Origin: Octopus vulgaris
Lineage: Eukaryota
DNA: 64,000 nucleotides
Direction of reading: 5' to 3'
Assembly: GCA_951406725.2 (NCBI GenBank)
Contig: OX597828.1
Span: forward strand, 53,940,001 to 54,004,000
In this document: in pieces, positions 30,930-45,575 of the stretch
Layout of the letters: each line of letters opens with the position of its first letter
How positions within the stretch are numbered: the first letter of the stretch is position 1
Program-made: the position numbers and the translations under genes
The notes under the pieces: generated by a model
What the model was told of the DNA's origin: nothing
The model's database searches: none
What the model saw: only the letters and a program-made list of their open reading frames with translations

Positions 30930-31016
30930 GCCTACGATCGTTTCCATATCAATCTCCAGTCAAATTACAATTAAAATTGCATTATGAAAAAACGAAGGTA
31001 GATATTTCTTCAGGGC
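30930..31016 (-). ncRNA. Type I hammerhead motif with canonical core, long stem II and a mismatched 10.1-11.1 pair
   Basis: GCC CUGAAGA A AUAUC...GAUAU G GAAA CGAUCG UA GGC, with palindromic stem III. Confidence 0.7.
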
Positions 31017-31146
31017 GAAAATTGACACATTTGTTTTTACATCCTAATAGACTGAGCCTTCATCAACAGACTAAAATAGCAGTATGCTTATATAACTGAC
31101 AAAATGTAAATAAATTGATTATGCTGTTTTCAAACTCTCCACTTTC

Positions 31147-31197
<51 letters not shown>

Positions 31198-31858
31198 TAG
31201 ATAGATATATACCCACACATCCTCAAAAACACATGCGTCACTATATACATACATATATATATATGGTCTACGTTGTGAACATCCGTCGTTTGACCACGAT
31301 GATACAGATGTTCAATCAACTACTCTTGAATATTCCCCAAATACGTGGAACCTCAAAGTAATTCTCTCAGGTACAATTAGTGTGACACACACACACACAC
31401 TGTAATATACATACTGTGTGGCAAGGCTGGAGCTTTTCACTTGTAAACGCAATCCCCCTCCATGTGTTTCTCATTCAAAAAAGCACATTTAATTCAGATG
31501 CCACTCAGTCGGAGGGGGGGGACTGGACTTCGTGGTTGCCATGCGAGTGGCCTATGTAGTTGGTTTGTTTACGTTCCCGTTAACCAAGCAGTTCCGCAAA
31601 TGACACCGATAAAATAATACTAGACTTTTAAAAACAAAACAAGAACTGGAATCGATTTGTTCGACAATATCCTCTCAGGCAGTGCTCCAGCATGGCTGCA
31701 GTCCAATGACTTAAGTAAAACGTTATGAAACATACATACGTGCGCGCGCACGAGAGAGAAGGAAATGGATGAATAGGAACATGTATTATATCTATATTAT
31801 ATATACACATCATATACATACATATACATTAATATATATATACTTTATATACGTATAC

Positions 31859-31958
<100 letters not shown>

Positions 31959-32287
31959 AAAATAAGCTGAGAAAGCGATGATAAGAAGCGAAGGCAGAGC
32001 TTGGGACAATCGGGTGATTCACAGAATGAATGAAATTCTTCCTGAAATAGAGAGGCTTCGGTGGAACGGTAACGGTGCAGGTCTAGAAGTGGCAGAAGAC
32101 TTTCATCAGAATTCTCAGTTTTGGACTGAAGGTTCCTAAAATTGTTCTTCGTTAAATAGCAGCATCGCCGACACCACCACCACCACCACAACCCGCGCAC
32201 CCCGTACGTAGAGGCACGGAACCACTACAAGACCGACATTGTGTCTGGTTCGAATATCTGCCTCCTGTTACCAACCGTATCAATACA

Positions 32288-32387
<100 letters not shown>

Positions 32388-32454
32388 ATATATATGTATG
32401 TATGTATGTATGTGCATATACATGTATGATTATATTGCGTATGTGTATGAAGTT

Positions 32455-32531
<77 letters not shown>

Positions 32532-33082
32532 TGAGCGCGGTTTGATATGATTGCATCTATCTACATTGGCTTTCTGCTTTAGTACGGTGCATATCTCCAC
32601 GTGTGCACGCGTGCAACTTTGAAGTCATGCACATATACGTGCAGGTCTTTTTGTATGTGTTACAGCTACACACATACAAGTCTGTGTGCGTTTTACACAC
32701 ACACACACACCAAACACTATGTGTGTGTGTGTGTGTGTGTGTGTACCTACCAGTCCCGACAGTGCAGTCAACAAGCTAAAACAGTTTTCCGTTCGGTTGT
32801 GTAAATATTTTCATAATTTCAATGAAACAACCTCAGATAAGACTAACTTCAGAGACTACTATCAAACCATCAAATGTTTGTTGTGTTCCCGTCCCTGCCA
32901 CGACCACCACCACTACACACGAACATCACTGCACGCTCTCTCCACCACCACCACCACCATCATATACCATCTTTACACTGGATTTCATTGATTCATTAAT
33001 TTTTGTTTTCATTTTTTTAATTATTTATTTTTTTTCAATAAACAAAACAAAACAATTCATTTTCGTTTTTTTCCTTTTTTTC

Positions 33083-33405
33083 TATTACTTGTTTCAGTCA
33101 TTTGACTGCGGCCATACTGGAGCACCACCTTGAAGGATTTTTAGTCGAACGAATCGTCCCCAGGACTTATTCATTGTGAGCCTAATTATTCTCTCGGTCC
33201 AGTTTGCCAAACCGCTAAGTTACGCGGACATAAACACGTCAACATCGGTTGTCAAGCGATGCTGGGGAGACACAGAAACACACATTATACATATATAACA
33301 CGACAGGCTTCTTTACTAGAAGATACATGCCCAAGGTACCACGCAGTAGAACTGAACACCGAACCATGTGGTTGCCAAAGTCTGCTTCATACCACACAGC
33401 CACGA
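33083..33405 (-). mobile_element. SINE-B, internally deleted
   Basis: Family tail and head both present. Confidence 0.85.
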
Positions 33406-33429
33406 TAATAAATAAATGATCTGATTTAA

Positions 33430-33716
33430 GCACAAGGCCAGCAATTTTAAGGGGGACGGGATCAGTCGATTACATCTCACCCCTCCCAGTACTTAACTCT
33501 ACCGATTCTGCCAAATAATTATAACAAGGCCTGACATTTTTTGAGGGGATGGGAGGGGTATAGTCGATTGCATAGATCCTAGTACTTATTTTATCGACCC
33601 CCGAGGATGAAAAAACTAAGTCGATCTCGTCGGAGTATGAACTCAGAATGTAAGGACGGACAAAATGCCGCTAAGCATTTTGTCCGACGCGTTGACGATT
33701 CCGCCAGCTCGCCGCT
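33430..33716 (-). mobile_element. SINE-A fragments
   Basis: tttatcgacccccgaggatga...gattccgccagctcgcc. Confidence 0.8.
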
Positions 33717-34600
33717 TTATCTTGTCTTAAAGATCGCAAGCGGAAGAAAGATTATTGAAACAATGCGAAGGAAAATGGGGGTTTTACAGATGGATGAGAA
33801 GACCAGGTCTGGAAACCATCAAGAGAAACAGGAAAGGAAAAAAAATCGAAGATAAACGCATCGGGACAGGACAAGAAATTACTGTGAAAGGCAAGTGCTA
33901 TCCTCCTTCAGCTGTGTCTGCTGGCATACTGAGAGCAGGTTCAATCACTCGGACCATACTTGCCATTTTCACATATCTTTCAGCTTAGAGATGGCCGCAC
34001 ATCCCCTCTTCATCCTCCTGTTCCTCTGCGTGTGGTACTTGTAGAGAAAAAGTCAGTGAGGACTTGACCGAAGAAGAAAAAGAATGCCCTCCCTCCCTCC
34101 AATCACACAACCATTATTTAGCTAGCTAGCTAGCGAGGCGGCTATTATTTCTAAAGAAACCCGATCAAGGGAACCCTACTGCGTTTTTGGCGACAGGAAC
34201 GCAACGGGGTGGTGTTGACGGCGATTTTCCTTGATGGATCTCACCTACACCCAACTATAACTGTAAACGACAGTAATGCTCAGGCACTGAACAAATGCGT
34301 GCAGAATCTGTATCGTGACCCTGCTAATACTTCGGACAACTTCGGCTGAAAGGAACCATCAGACCTAGTAAACAGAACTGATTTTGCACGCAAATGGCCA
34401 AAATGAGGGGAAAAAAAAAAACAAAAACAAAAAAAACTCTAGAAATTTAAATTCTTCAAAAGACGTATCCGACGCGTGCCATTTGTCACAATTACAGTCG
34501 AGAATATACTGACAGTTTACAGCTGTCTTTGTTGACCGTCCTTATCGAAGAATTGAGATACAATTTATTTGGTAAAGCCACCAGTTGAAAAACTTATGTC

Positions 34601-34662
<62 letters not shown>

Positions 34663-34986
34663 CTTTTTCTTCTGTTTACTTTCCATTATATTTCCCAACC
34701 TTCATGTATCTGTTTTCTACTCAATCAAAGCTACATGCTTTTAATGTATTAAACATGCACATATATAACATGTCAGGCTTTATTTGTATACACACCCACT
34801 TTCAACAAGGTTTGATAAGATAGATGCCGTTTTTGCTGATATATTAGAAAACTTCAACAAACCTGCTTTCATTTAATTAATGTAATGCAGTTAATAAGAG
34901 AAATGGTTAATTAATGCTGTTAGCATGAAAAACAGTATTTCTATATTTTAAGGAAATTACCAAATTTTTGTTTTAAACTAATAAAT

Positions 34987-35370
34987 GTGACTGTGTGATG
35001 CAAAAGTTTGCTTCCCATCCACATGGTTCCGAGTTCAGTCCCACTGCGTGGCACCTTGGATAAATGTCTTCTGCTATAGCCTCGGGCCAACCAAAGCCTT
35101 GTGAGTGGATTTGGTAAACGGAAAGTGAAAGCAGCCCGTATTATGTATGCGAATCTTTTGTCTGTGTTTGTCCTACCACCGGCACCACCACTTGACAACC
35201 GGTGCTGGTATGTTTACGTCTACGTAACTGAGCAGTTGGGCAAAACAGATCGATAGAGTAAGTACTAGGCTTTAAAAAGATAACAAGTACTAGGATTGAT
35301 TCGTTCGACTAAAATTCAAGGCGGTGCTCCAGCATGGCCGGAATCTAATGACTGAAAGTGGTAAAAGATA
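34987..35370 (+). mobile_element. SINE-B
   Basis: Head to tail present. Confidence 0.88.
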
Positions 35371-36187
35371 AGATTAGAATATGCGATACATGAATTATTC
35401 TCCTTGAACACGAGTCTTTAGTTTCTGGTGATCCATCACAGCCTGCCGAGTCCATACTGGAGCAATAACTAAACCACTCAGGAAAGAATACAGCAGGATT
35501 TAGATGAACGGAGCACTGGACAGAAATATCTTGGGCTATCGAGTTACAATTCTTTTACTTGTTTCAATCATTCGGCTGCGGCCATACTGGAGCACTGCCT
35601 TCATAATTTTTAGTCGAACGGATCGATCCCGCCCAGCTCATTTTTTAAAAAAACCTGGTACGCATTTTATCAATCTCTTTTGCCGAACCACTAAGTTACG
35701 GGAACGTTAACACACCAACACCGGTTGACAAGTAGTGTAGTGGGTGGATGGGAGGGAACGCAGATACGAACACACATATACACACGACGGATTTAATCAC
35801 AACCGTACCCGAAATTGCTGGCGTTGTGCCGAAGTTTGAAACCAATAATCTTACAATGTATCCAAGATGTGAACAGATTTACGAGGAAAGACTCGGTAAG
35901 GTTGAGCTGATATCTTTCTTTTATCATTTCCATCTTTCAGTTATTAGACTGCGGCCATGCTGGAGCACAACCCTGAAGGGTTTGGTCGAATAACTTTTAA
36001 GTCTGGTATTTATTCTTGCAGTTACTTCTTTTTCCTTTACTACCCACAAGGGGCTAAACACAGAGGGGACAAACAAGGACAGACAAACGGATTAAGTCGA
36101 TTATATCGACCCCAGTGCGCGCATGGTACTTTCTTAATCGACCCCGAAAGAATGAAAGGCAAAGTTGACAAAAATATTTAAATATAC

Positions 36188-36353
36188 AGGCGTAGGAGTG
36201 GCTGTGTGGTAAGTAGCTTGCTTACCAACCACATGGTTCCGGGTTCAGTCCCACTGCGTGGCACCTTAGGCAAGTGTCTTCTACTATAGCCCCGGGCCGA
36301 CCAAAGCCTTGTGAGTGGATCTGGTAGACGGAAACTGAAAGAAACCCGTCGTA

Positions 36354-36437
<84 letters not shown>

Positions 36438-36638
36438 TGAGTTTGTCCCTCCAACATCGCTTGACAACCGATGCTGGTGTGCTTACGTCCCCGTAACTTA
36501 GTGGTTCGGCAAAAGTCATCGATAGAATAAGTACTAGAGTTACAAAAGAATAAGTCCTAGGATCGATTTGCTCGACTAAAGGCGGTGCTCCAGCATGGCC
36601 ACAGTCAAATGACCGAAACAAGTAAAAGAGTAAAAGAG
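36188..36638 (+). mobile_element. Full-length SINE-B, ~55 nt from the SCAPER donor site
   Basis: ggcgtaggagtggctgtgtgg ... (TA)n(TG)n ... gaaacaagtaaaagagtaaaagag. Confidence 0.93.
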
Positions 36639-36692
36639 TCTAAGGGACAGTTTGAGTTCTAAAATTAAGAGAATGAATACACACAGACTTAC

Positions 36693-36842
36693 CTGATTAT
36701 CAGAGTTTAGCACCGTAAAGTTGCCAATGCAAAGGATCACCTCATGAAGTAATTCTTCACAGAGATGGTGAGAAGAATACCAAACCAGATAGCTGGCGAT
36801 GTGGCGAAACTCCAGAGACATGCCTTCTTCTCCAAGAGATTG
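36693..36842 (-). CDS. SCAPER: SCAPER (S-phase cyclin A-associated protein in the ER), internal C-terminal-region exon, 50 codons
   Basis: Translates QSLGEEGMSLEFRHIASYLVWYSSHHLCEELLHEVILCIGNFTVLNSDNQ, matching recalled human SCAPER SIVGAEGLSLAFRHMASSLLGHCSQVSCESLLHEVIVCVGYFTVNHPDNQ. Acceptor tatttgcag|CAA, donor CAG|gtaagt, 150 bp, phase 0-0. Confidence 0.93.
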
Positions 36843-37259
36843 CTGCAAATAGACGAAATATAGAGAAAATAGAATTAACAACGAGGGAGATGACATCTTA
36901 CGTTGATTATAACTTCTTACCCGACACTAAAAGTGGCTTTCACCTGAAATAGAAACCCTTTCTTGGGAGATGCTAGGAATGGGTAGAGTTTATTTAAAAC
37001 CCACCACCGCAAGATTAGCTTTAAACTGAGTGAGGGCGAGGGGAGGGAGAGAGAGAGAGAGAGGGGGAAGGAGGGAGAGGGATAGATGATATAACATGGT
37101 GCAGGTCACGGTTTCAGATCCAAATGCAGTCGGTTCGGGGTTTCTTTGGGGTTTCTCTTTTTCAGATGGCTAAATTGCACAACTTGTAAAACAGCTTGCT
37201 TCACACGCCCGACTGTGGAGAGCTACTGGCAAACAGACTAGCGTACAATCCAGGCGAAC

Positions 37260-37297
<38 letters not shown>

Positions 37298-38741
37298 CAA
37301 AACAGACTGCTAAGCCATCCGTCCTCCCCTGATATTCGAGAAAAAAATAGTGTTTGCACACACACACGTGTGTGTTTTTGTGTATGGAAGAAAGAGATGT
37401 AGACAGAAAGAGAGGAAGGAGAGACCCTGTATATGTGTGTGTGAGAGAGAAAGTGAGTGAGTGTATGTGTGTGTGTGTGGTGTGTACGGTAAAATATTCC
37501 TATCACTCGAAAAACAAAAAAGTCAAACGAATACACATCAAACGTAGAGAAATGTGTTGGTTTTACCACCCATAAAACAGCGTCGATCTCTACCGTGTGT
37601 GCGTGTGTATGTGATAGAGAGCAGGGTACCTTGTTTTGATTATATTGCATTCATATCGCCGCCACAGCCCTCACCCCTTACTGCCCCACGACCAAACATC
37701 GGTTTTTTTCCCACCAGCAGTCACTCACTCACTCACCAGCACAATGCCTTCTGGATTTCTTTGTCTCTCTCTGTGTATCTATCTATCGGTTTGTCTGTCT
37801 GTGTCTGTCTGTGTGCGTGTGTGTTGTGTTGTGTTGTGTGTATCTCTGCCGATCTCACCAAGTTCTGTTATGTTTAACCTAATGGCACTGAAAGACAGAA
37901 AAAAAAATAAATAAAAATGGAAAAGCAAGGAAAGAATACAGAAACAAAAAATATTCAAATGTTACGGGGTGGGGGGGGGAAACCTGGAAACGGGTTTCTG
38001 CAGACGGGATTACAGAACGATAGTGGCCACCAGCATCACCACCTCTACTAGGTATACCCAACCAACATGTGCTCTTTGTTTAAAAGGGGAAAAAAAAAAA
38101 AAAATAATAATAATAAGAGGAGGAGAGTGTGTAAAAAGAGAAAAACAAAGGAAAGGAACAAGAAAAAACAGCTGTGAATCAAGGACAAAAAAGGGGAGGA
38201 GGAGGAGGCGGAGGCAACCTTTTCCTCAGCCAACTGAGGTAGCCTGAAAAAAAAAGAAAAAGAAAAAACCATTTCTTCCACCTCAGACTCGAACCAGCTT
38301 CCTCTATTTCTTGTGAAGCAAATAAGATCCAGACAACATAATGACGATGATGACGAGGAAAAGGATTATGTTGATGATGAACATGTTCATGATGATACTG
38401 ATGATGATGAAGGTGGTGACGATTTCTATTTGGAGTGAAGAGTAGTAACTAGAGAAGACTTTGCAGAAACGAAATAAAATAAAACTTTAAAAAAACCGCG
38501 AAGGTTTTACAGATCCAGAGACTGATGATGATTGTTAGGGTTAAGGGCACAGGGGTGTGGATGAAGATAAAGATTTGATTCCATACATGCCCACCCCATA
38601 TTACTATTCGATAATGCAACAGGGACGCAATTGATTCACCTTATATATTTTAGTTCAGCACCAAAACTATTCGGTTAACCACGGCCTTTTCTCAAACACC
38701 AATCGTCCATTGGCTTTCCTTCAAATAATAATTATAATCCC

Positions 38742-38993
38742 TTCTGCTATAAGGCACAAGACCTGAAATTTGGAGGAGGGGGACAATCGATTTCATCGAT
38801 CCCAGTGCGACAGAATGAAAAGTGAAGTCGACCTCGATGGAATCTGAATTCATAACATGAAGACGGACGAAATGCCTATTTCTTTACTACCCACAAGGGG
38901 CTAAACACAGAGAACAAACAAGGACAGACAAACAGATTAAGTCAATTATATCGACCCCAGTTCGCGCATGGTACTTTCTTAATCGACCCCAGC
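38742..38993 (-). mobile_element. SINE-A chimera
   Basis: Long tail joined to an older body and tail. Confidence 0.8.
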
Positions 38994-40110
38994 GCGGGAT
39001 GATCATGTCTGGAACGTCCTAGATCGTAGACTTGTCGTCTTATGAAAATTGACTGGGGACTAAACGAGAACCTTTCATTTCAGTCTTGCTACTGTGGCCA
39101 ACACCACAACACAACATTGCACCGCCGCCGCCACCACCACTGTAACAGAGAGGTTTTAAAACACAACCACCACATGTTCATACGACTATGTACACACCAC
39201 AACCACCACCAGCACCACCACGCCGCTTTCAGTTAAATACCTTGCAACCCCGCCACCATTATAGCCACTGCTGTCGCCACCACCACCACCAGCACCACTG
39301 CCACCACAACCAAACTTTTGAACAATTAAATATGGAATTTGAATTGACAACTGCCTGCGAGGATAGGAGGGGGGAGGCCCGTATGTAAAACGGCGGGGAA
39401 AATATGTGACGAGATCTAATCCAATCAGTGTATTTAGAGACTTAACCACCCACCCATCCCCCCACACACATCATGCTCTCACCCCCACCCCACCCCACAG
39501 ACTCTTTACATTAAAGACGAACGGATACGTCATCATTCTTTATTATTATACTGAAGTCTGTGTACTGCAAAGAGCTTTGTTGAACATACATATAAATACA
39601 TACATACACACACACACACACATATAAATATACACAGACACACAAACACACGTATGTATGTATGTATATGTATGTATGTATGTATACATACAAAGAGGAT
39701 AAAGAGGAATTGACAAAGAGCAGAGAATGGAGAGGAGAAAGAAAAGACAAATAGAGGAAACAAAAATACAATGAAACGTATAAGCAGTTGTGTGTGTATA
39801 AAATGTACATATATATATAAATATGCATATGTGTGTGTATATATATATATGTATATATGCTTTTTTGCATGTGCTGTAAAACTGAATGAGGTGGTGAGAG
39901 GTAGGTTGAATGTCAACAGGGTTCAGTAGATTAAAATTTTCATAATTACATAAGAAACTTTACTTAAACGGTGTTTGGCTTCAGGAATTGAGAGGAGGGG
40001 CGCGAGGGAAATATAAGCAAAGAGGAAGGAATTTCGTATATGAAGGCGAACTAGAGACAAATGAAAATAGAAAACGCGTTTTGTTTCGCTTAAGAGAAGG
40101 TATTTGTTCA

Positions 40111-40955
40111 GCTCTTAACTTTCATAGGAGCCTGAACAAGCGAAGGAAGTCATGCGCTGCTCTTAACTTTCATAGGGACCTGAAGGAGCACAAATATATT
40201 TCTTTATTGCCCACATAGAGGGGACAAACAAGGACAGACAAATGGATTAAGTCGATTACATCGACCCCAGTGAGTAACTGGTACTTAATTTATCGACCCC
40301 GAAAGGATGAAAAGCAAAGTCGACCTCGGTGGAATTTGAACTCAGAACGTAACGACAGACGAAATACTGCTAAGCATTTCGCCCGGCGCGCTAACGTGTC
40401 TGCCAGCTCGCCCCCTTCAATGAATGAGCACAAATAAGATGAGCTAAAATAGTCGAGCTGCTCTTAATATTCGAAAGAAACTGAACGAGCGAGGGTACTT
40501 GCACCTGCTCTTCGCTTTTATAGCGGCCAGAACGAGCGAAGGGAGTTGCGCTTCTCTTAACTTTCGTAGGGACCTGAACAAGCAGGAGTATTTACGCTGC
40601 TCTCAACTTTCATAGGAGCATGAACGAGCGAAGGTAGTTGTGTTAAGATAGTTTCGAAGGGAACTGAACGAGCGAGGGTACCTGCTCTGTTCTTAGCTTT
40701 CATAGGGACCTGAACGAGCCGAAGTAGTTGCGCTGTTCTTAACTTTCATAGCGGCCTGAAAGAGCGAAAGTAGTTGTGCTGCTCTTAACTCCCATAGGGG
40801 CCCGAAAGAGCGAAAGCAGTTGCGTTAAAACAGTTGTGCTTCTCTTAAATTTAGTAGGGACCTGAACGAGCGAAAGTATTTATGCTGCTCTTAACTTTAA
40901 TAGAGGCCTGAACGAGCGAAGATAGTTGAGCGGCTGTTAACTTTCATAGGGGCCT
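40111..40955. repeat. ~46-bp minisatellite (about 13 diverged units) interrupted by a SINE-A
   Basis: Unit approximates gctcttaactttcatagggacctgaacgagcgaaggtagttgcgct. Confidence 0.9.
40197..40417 (-). mobile_element. SINE-A with 11-bp TSD
   Basis: GAGCACAAATA at 40186-40196 and 40426-40436. Confidence 0.9.
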
Positions 40956-40969
40956 ATGAATCTACTCCC

Positions 40970-41293
40970 AATACCTATTTTCTTTTTAAACCTAGTACTT
41001 ACTCTATCGAGAAATATCGCCGAACTGCTATGTTACGAGGACGTACACACACCAACACCGGTTGCTAGGCAGTATTTGGGGACAAACACCGACACAAAGA
41101 CACACACATATACATATATACACACACACACACGACGGGATTCTTTCAATTTCTGTCTACCAAATCCAATCACAAGGCTTTTGTCGACCCGAGATTATAG
41201 TAGATGACACCTGCCCAAGGTGTCACGTAGTAGAACTGAACCCAGAATCATGTGGTTGGTAAGCAAGCTTCTTACCACAAAGGCACGCCTGCG
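40970..41293 (-). mobile_element. SINE-B, diverged
   Basis: Family similarity through the head. Confidence 0.82.
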
Positions 41294-41295
41294 CA

Positions 41296-41343
<48 letters not shown>

Positions 41344-41795
41344 AAGCTAAGGCTTGCCGCAACTCTGAGTATGGCACTTCCGTTTTTATATTTTATTTAC
41401 AACGTTGTAACACAGGGCGATAGTGAAGCGAATAAGTGAATGAGTAATTAAAGATGCATTGATCAAGTCTTGAAGAAGACAAACTTGAGAATGTCTAATT
41501 CCTGCAGTCCTAGTCTGGGCGTTGGTTCAGTAGGAGGCGCCTTTCTGACACCAGAAATTGCCCAACCAGAAAATTAACACACTGCAAGCTTCATTACAAC
41601 ACGGACAGACATTTCACAGGGTGTAATCCTATAAGGGACAGGATCCGTTCTTACAGCCTTTATCTTATGTCATAAAAGAAAACGTCTTCACATTATTACT
41701 AGTTCTCTTCTTCTTCTTGTTGCTGTTGTAGGGCATTTTAAGCCGCCTAGATATGCATGTGTATACGTGTACATGTGTGTGTGTGTGTGAGACAT

Positions 41796-42385
<590 letters not shown>

Positions 42386-42544
42386 ATACAAGAGTATGCG
42401 CTAAATAATCACATACAAAACACAACTCAATACAAGATAGATAGATAGAAACAGACAGAGGTACAGATAAACAGAGAGAGAAGAGAGATAGAAAGGGGGA
42501 GAGAGAGAGGGGGAGGGAGGGGGAGACAGATAGATAAGTCCAGT

Positions 42545-42640
42545 TTTTCGTGTTTGCATTGGCCAGACAGAATTTGTTGAGGCAGCATTTCTACGGCTGG
42601 ATGCCTTTCTTGTCACCAACTCTCACTTGTTTTCAAGCAA
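42545..42640 (-). mobile_element. RTE-type 3'-region fragment
   Basis: Reverse complement of gttggtgacaagaaaggcatccagccgtagaaa. Confidence 0.6.
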
Positions 42641-42801
42641 GGTAATAATAATTCCTTATGAACCGACAGGCTTTTATTTATTTATTCTTTTTCATAGACG
42701 ATGGGAAAACGAACGACACCGCTCGCATGCCGGTGAGATTCGTTTACAATAATACTACCTCAAAACCCGGAAACACACGTACACTAGATAAATAGATAAG
42801 C

Positions 42802-42869
<68 letters not shown>

Positions 42870-43013
42870 GGATAAATAGATAGACAGACAGACAAATAAG
42901 CGGACTGACAGACACGTCGCACATCTTTCGATTCTCATCTATCAAATCCACTCATAGGACTCTGGAGCTCAGTGTTGTAAAAGGCACATGCCCAAGAGAT
43001 GTTTATTGACTTG

Positions 43014-43278
43014 AAGTCAATAAACATCTCTAAAAGACCTTTGCATTTTCAAACCTTCTTTCATACACACACACATATTTCCCCGTGTTGAATCGTTAAT
43101 CTCTACACTTTTTTTCTCTCTCTCTGTATTTTTCCTTCTTAATCCTTTCTGTAGAAGAGCATAGGCTCGAAACATAAAAGACTTTTCTATTCTTCCTGAG
43201 CGTTAAACTAATACACCTGCTTGTTGTCTTGTTATTCCTACACCTGCCTTCGTTTTCTTTTCTGTAAATTTGAACTCT
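43014..43278 (+). mobile_element. Penelope-like repeat fragment with 5' inverted duplication and HHR variant
   Basis: Homologous to 2470-2690, preceded by an 18-bp inverted copy of its own start, and ends at (TG)n. Confidence 0.65.
43145..43180 (+). ncRNA. Minimal hammerhead-like motif, A6U variant (second copy)
   Basis: CUUU CUGUAGA A GAGC-AUAG-GCUC GAAA CA UA AAAG. Confidence 0.62.
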
Positions 43279-43300
43279 GTGTGTGTGTGTGAGTGAGAGT

Positions 43301-43342
<42 letters not shown>

Positions 43343-43974
43343 GTGTGTGTGTATGTGTGTGTAATTGAAATAATTGAAGAGCCGAAAGTTTCTTTCATAA
43401 CAGCAACATTTGCAGTGTTATCTTCATATAGTCCAACGAGGGAGCCCCTATGAGGTCGGTTGTCCAGCAAGAAATAGCAGCTAAATCGCCTTCAAATTAC
43501 ACTAACTGTATGAAACGTGCGAAGATGTATTGGATAATACCTTTCATATACAAAAAGACGAGTTAATAAAGGCTAGAATGTCTCTGAATGCCGGTCTACT
43601 CAATATCAACAAAAGTCTTACAGCATTAACAAAATTAAAGCGAAGAACCCAAAATATTTCTAATAGCAATCATTTTTTTCTTTAATATGATCAATAGGTA
43701 CCATGGGGATGTGCAGTCCATCAGAGCTTAGCAACAGCAGCAGTGACGGAATCAATATTTGATTGGTTTGCAAATGCTTTAATCTTCATATGACCAAAAA
43801 CGGCGTCCAACAAGGGAACTGTTGCTGCTAGAACAAGCATAGTAACTCCAATATATGCTATCAAAAGTCCAACGTAGCAGATACAAACCACAGATCGATA
43901 AGTTAGCAAACAAAACATATATATCGATACCATGAAGGAGAAATTAGGACATGACGGGAAAAATATATTAGTTA

Positions 43975-44375
43975 GGAGTAGGCGCGGCTGTGTGGTAAGA
44001 AGCTTGGCGACGAGCTGGCCGAAACGTTTGCACGCCGGGCGAAATGCTTAGCGGTATTTCGTCTGCCGTTACGTTCTGAGTTCAAATTTCGCCGAGGTCG
44101 ACTTTGCCTTTCATCCTTTCGGGGTCGATTAAATAAGTACCAGTTACGCACTGGGGTCGATGTAATCGACTTAATCCCTTTGTCTGTCCTTGTTTGTCCC
44201 CTCTGTGTTTGGCCCCTTAAGGGTAATAAAGAAGTAAGAAGCTTGGTTCCCAGCCACATAGTTCAGGGTTTAGTTCCACTGCGTGGCACCTTCGGGAGGT
44301 GTCTTGTATAGCATCGAGCCGACCAAGGTCTTGTAAGAAGAGTTGAAAGACGGAAACTGAAAGAAGCCCGTCGTG

Positions 44376-44426
<51 letters not shown>

Positions 44427-44520
44427 CTGTCCCTCTCCACATCACTTGGCAGCCGATGTTTGTGTCCCCATAACTTAGCTGTTTGGCAAAAGATACCCAT
44501 GGAATAAATACCAGGATTTA
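43975..44520 (+). mobile_element. SINE-B with a SINE-A nested in its tRNA head
   Basis: SINE-A at 44008-44233 is flanked by GTAAGAAGCTTGG at 43995-44007 and 44234-44246. Confidence 0.9.
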
Positions 44521-44562
44521 AATATTGGTTGGTTGGTTGGTTCTCCAGTCACGCTTTATATC

Positions 44563-44626
<64 letters not shown>

Positions 44627-44749
44627 TAAGAGGTACAGGACATGAGTTTCATATCTTACTGAAAAATGCACATCTTTTTAAAAAGAAGTTTTACAGAGAA
44701 TGTTAATCTGAGTCGATTGCAATAACTTAGAGATAATTCAGAAAATAAT

Positions 44750-45103
44750 CTTTTCTACTCTAGGCACAAAACCCGAAATTTTGGGGGAAGGGGCCAGTCG
44801 ATTAGATCAATCCCAGTACGCAACTGGTACTTATTGAATCGACCCCGAAAGGATGAAAGGCAAAGTCAACCTCGGCGGAATTTGAACTCAGAACATAGAG
44901 ACAGACGAAATACCTATTTCTTTACTACCCACAAGGGGCTAAATACAGAGAGGACAAACGGATTAAGTCGATTATATCGACCCCAGTGTTTCACTGGTAC
45001 TTAATTTATCGACCCCGAAAGGATGAAAGGCAAAGTCGACCTCGGCTGAATTTGAACTCAGAACGTAACGGCAAACGAAATACCGCTAAGCATTTCGCCG
45101 CCT
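44750..45103 (-). mobile_element. SINE-A dimer
   Basis: Two bodies joined at gaaatac|ctatttc (~44912). Confidence 0.87.
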
Positions 45104-45575
45104 TAAAATTTTGAAAATAATAACATATTTATTACAAATATATAAACGAAGAAATTTGTTTTATTTCATTCTGTTTTATTTTAAGATAATTAAATGCTTT
45201 TCTTCTTTTGAATATTAATACTTATTTCATCATTTTCTTGAAATTTGAGAAAAACTATAATTATTGTTATGTCTGTCATATTTCCTGCTATTTACCCACA
45301 GTGGCAACAGCAAACTTCTAAAGTTACCAGTCATATGACAGGTAGTGGCACTATAATAATAATAATATTTTCTAATACAGGCACAACGCCTGAAATTTGG
45401 GGGAGGGGTATTACCGATTACATCGGAATCAGTACGCAACTGGTGCGTATTTTATCGATCCCGAAAGGATGAAAGATAAAGTCGACCACAGCGGATTTTG
45501 AACACGCTAAACACTTTCCCGAGAGTGCTAAAGATTCTAGCAGCTCGTTACAATAATAATAATAATAATAACAAT

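Noticed and set aside
32095-32115. CUGAUGA on the minus strand, and similar heptamers at 26969, 52128, 55951 and 59828
   Set aside because: No stem II-GAAA-stem III in register.
33850-34370. Complex GC-richer stretch as a possible extra exon (also 43721-43933 and 5992-6120)
   Set aside because: Stops in plausible frames, no recognisable protein, and no gap in the SCAPER alignment to fill.
40111-40955. CTGAACGA-GC-GAAA in the 46-bp minisatellite as a minizyme-like hammerhead
   Set aside because: The core has an extra base, GAAA is often GAAG or GAGG, and there is no convincing stem I or II.
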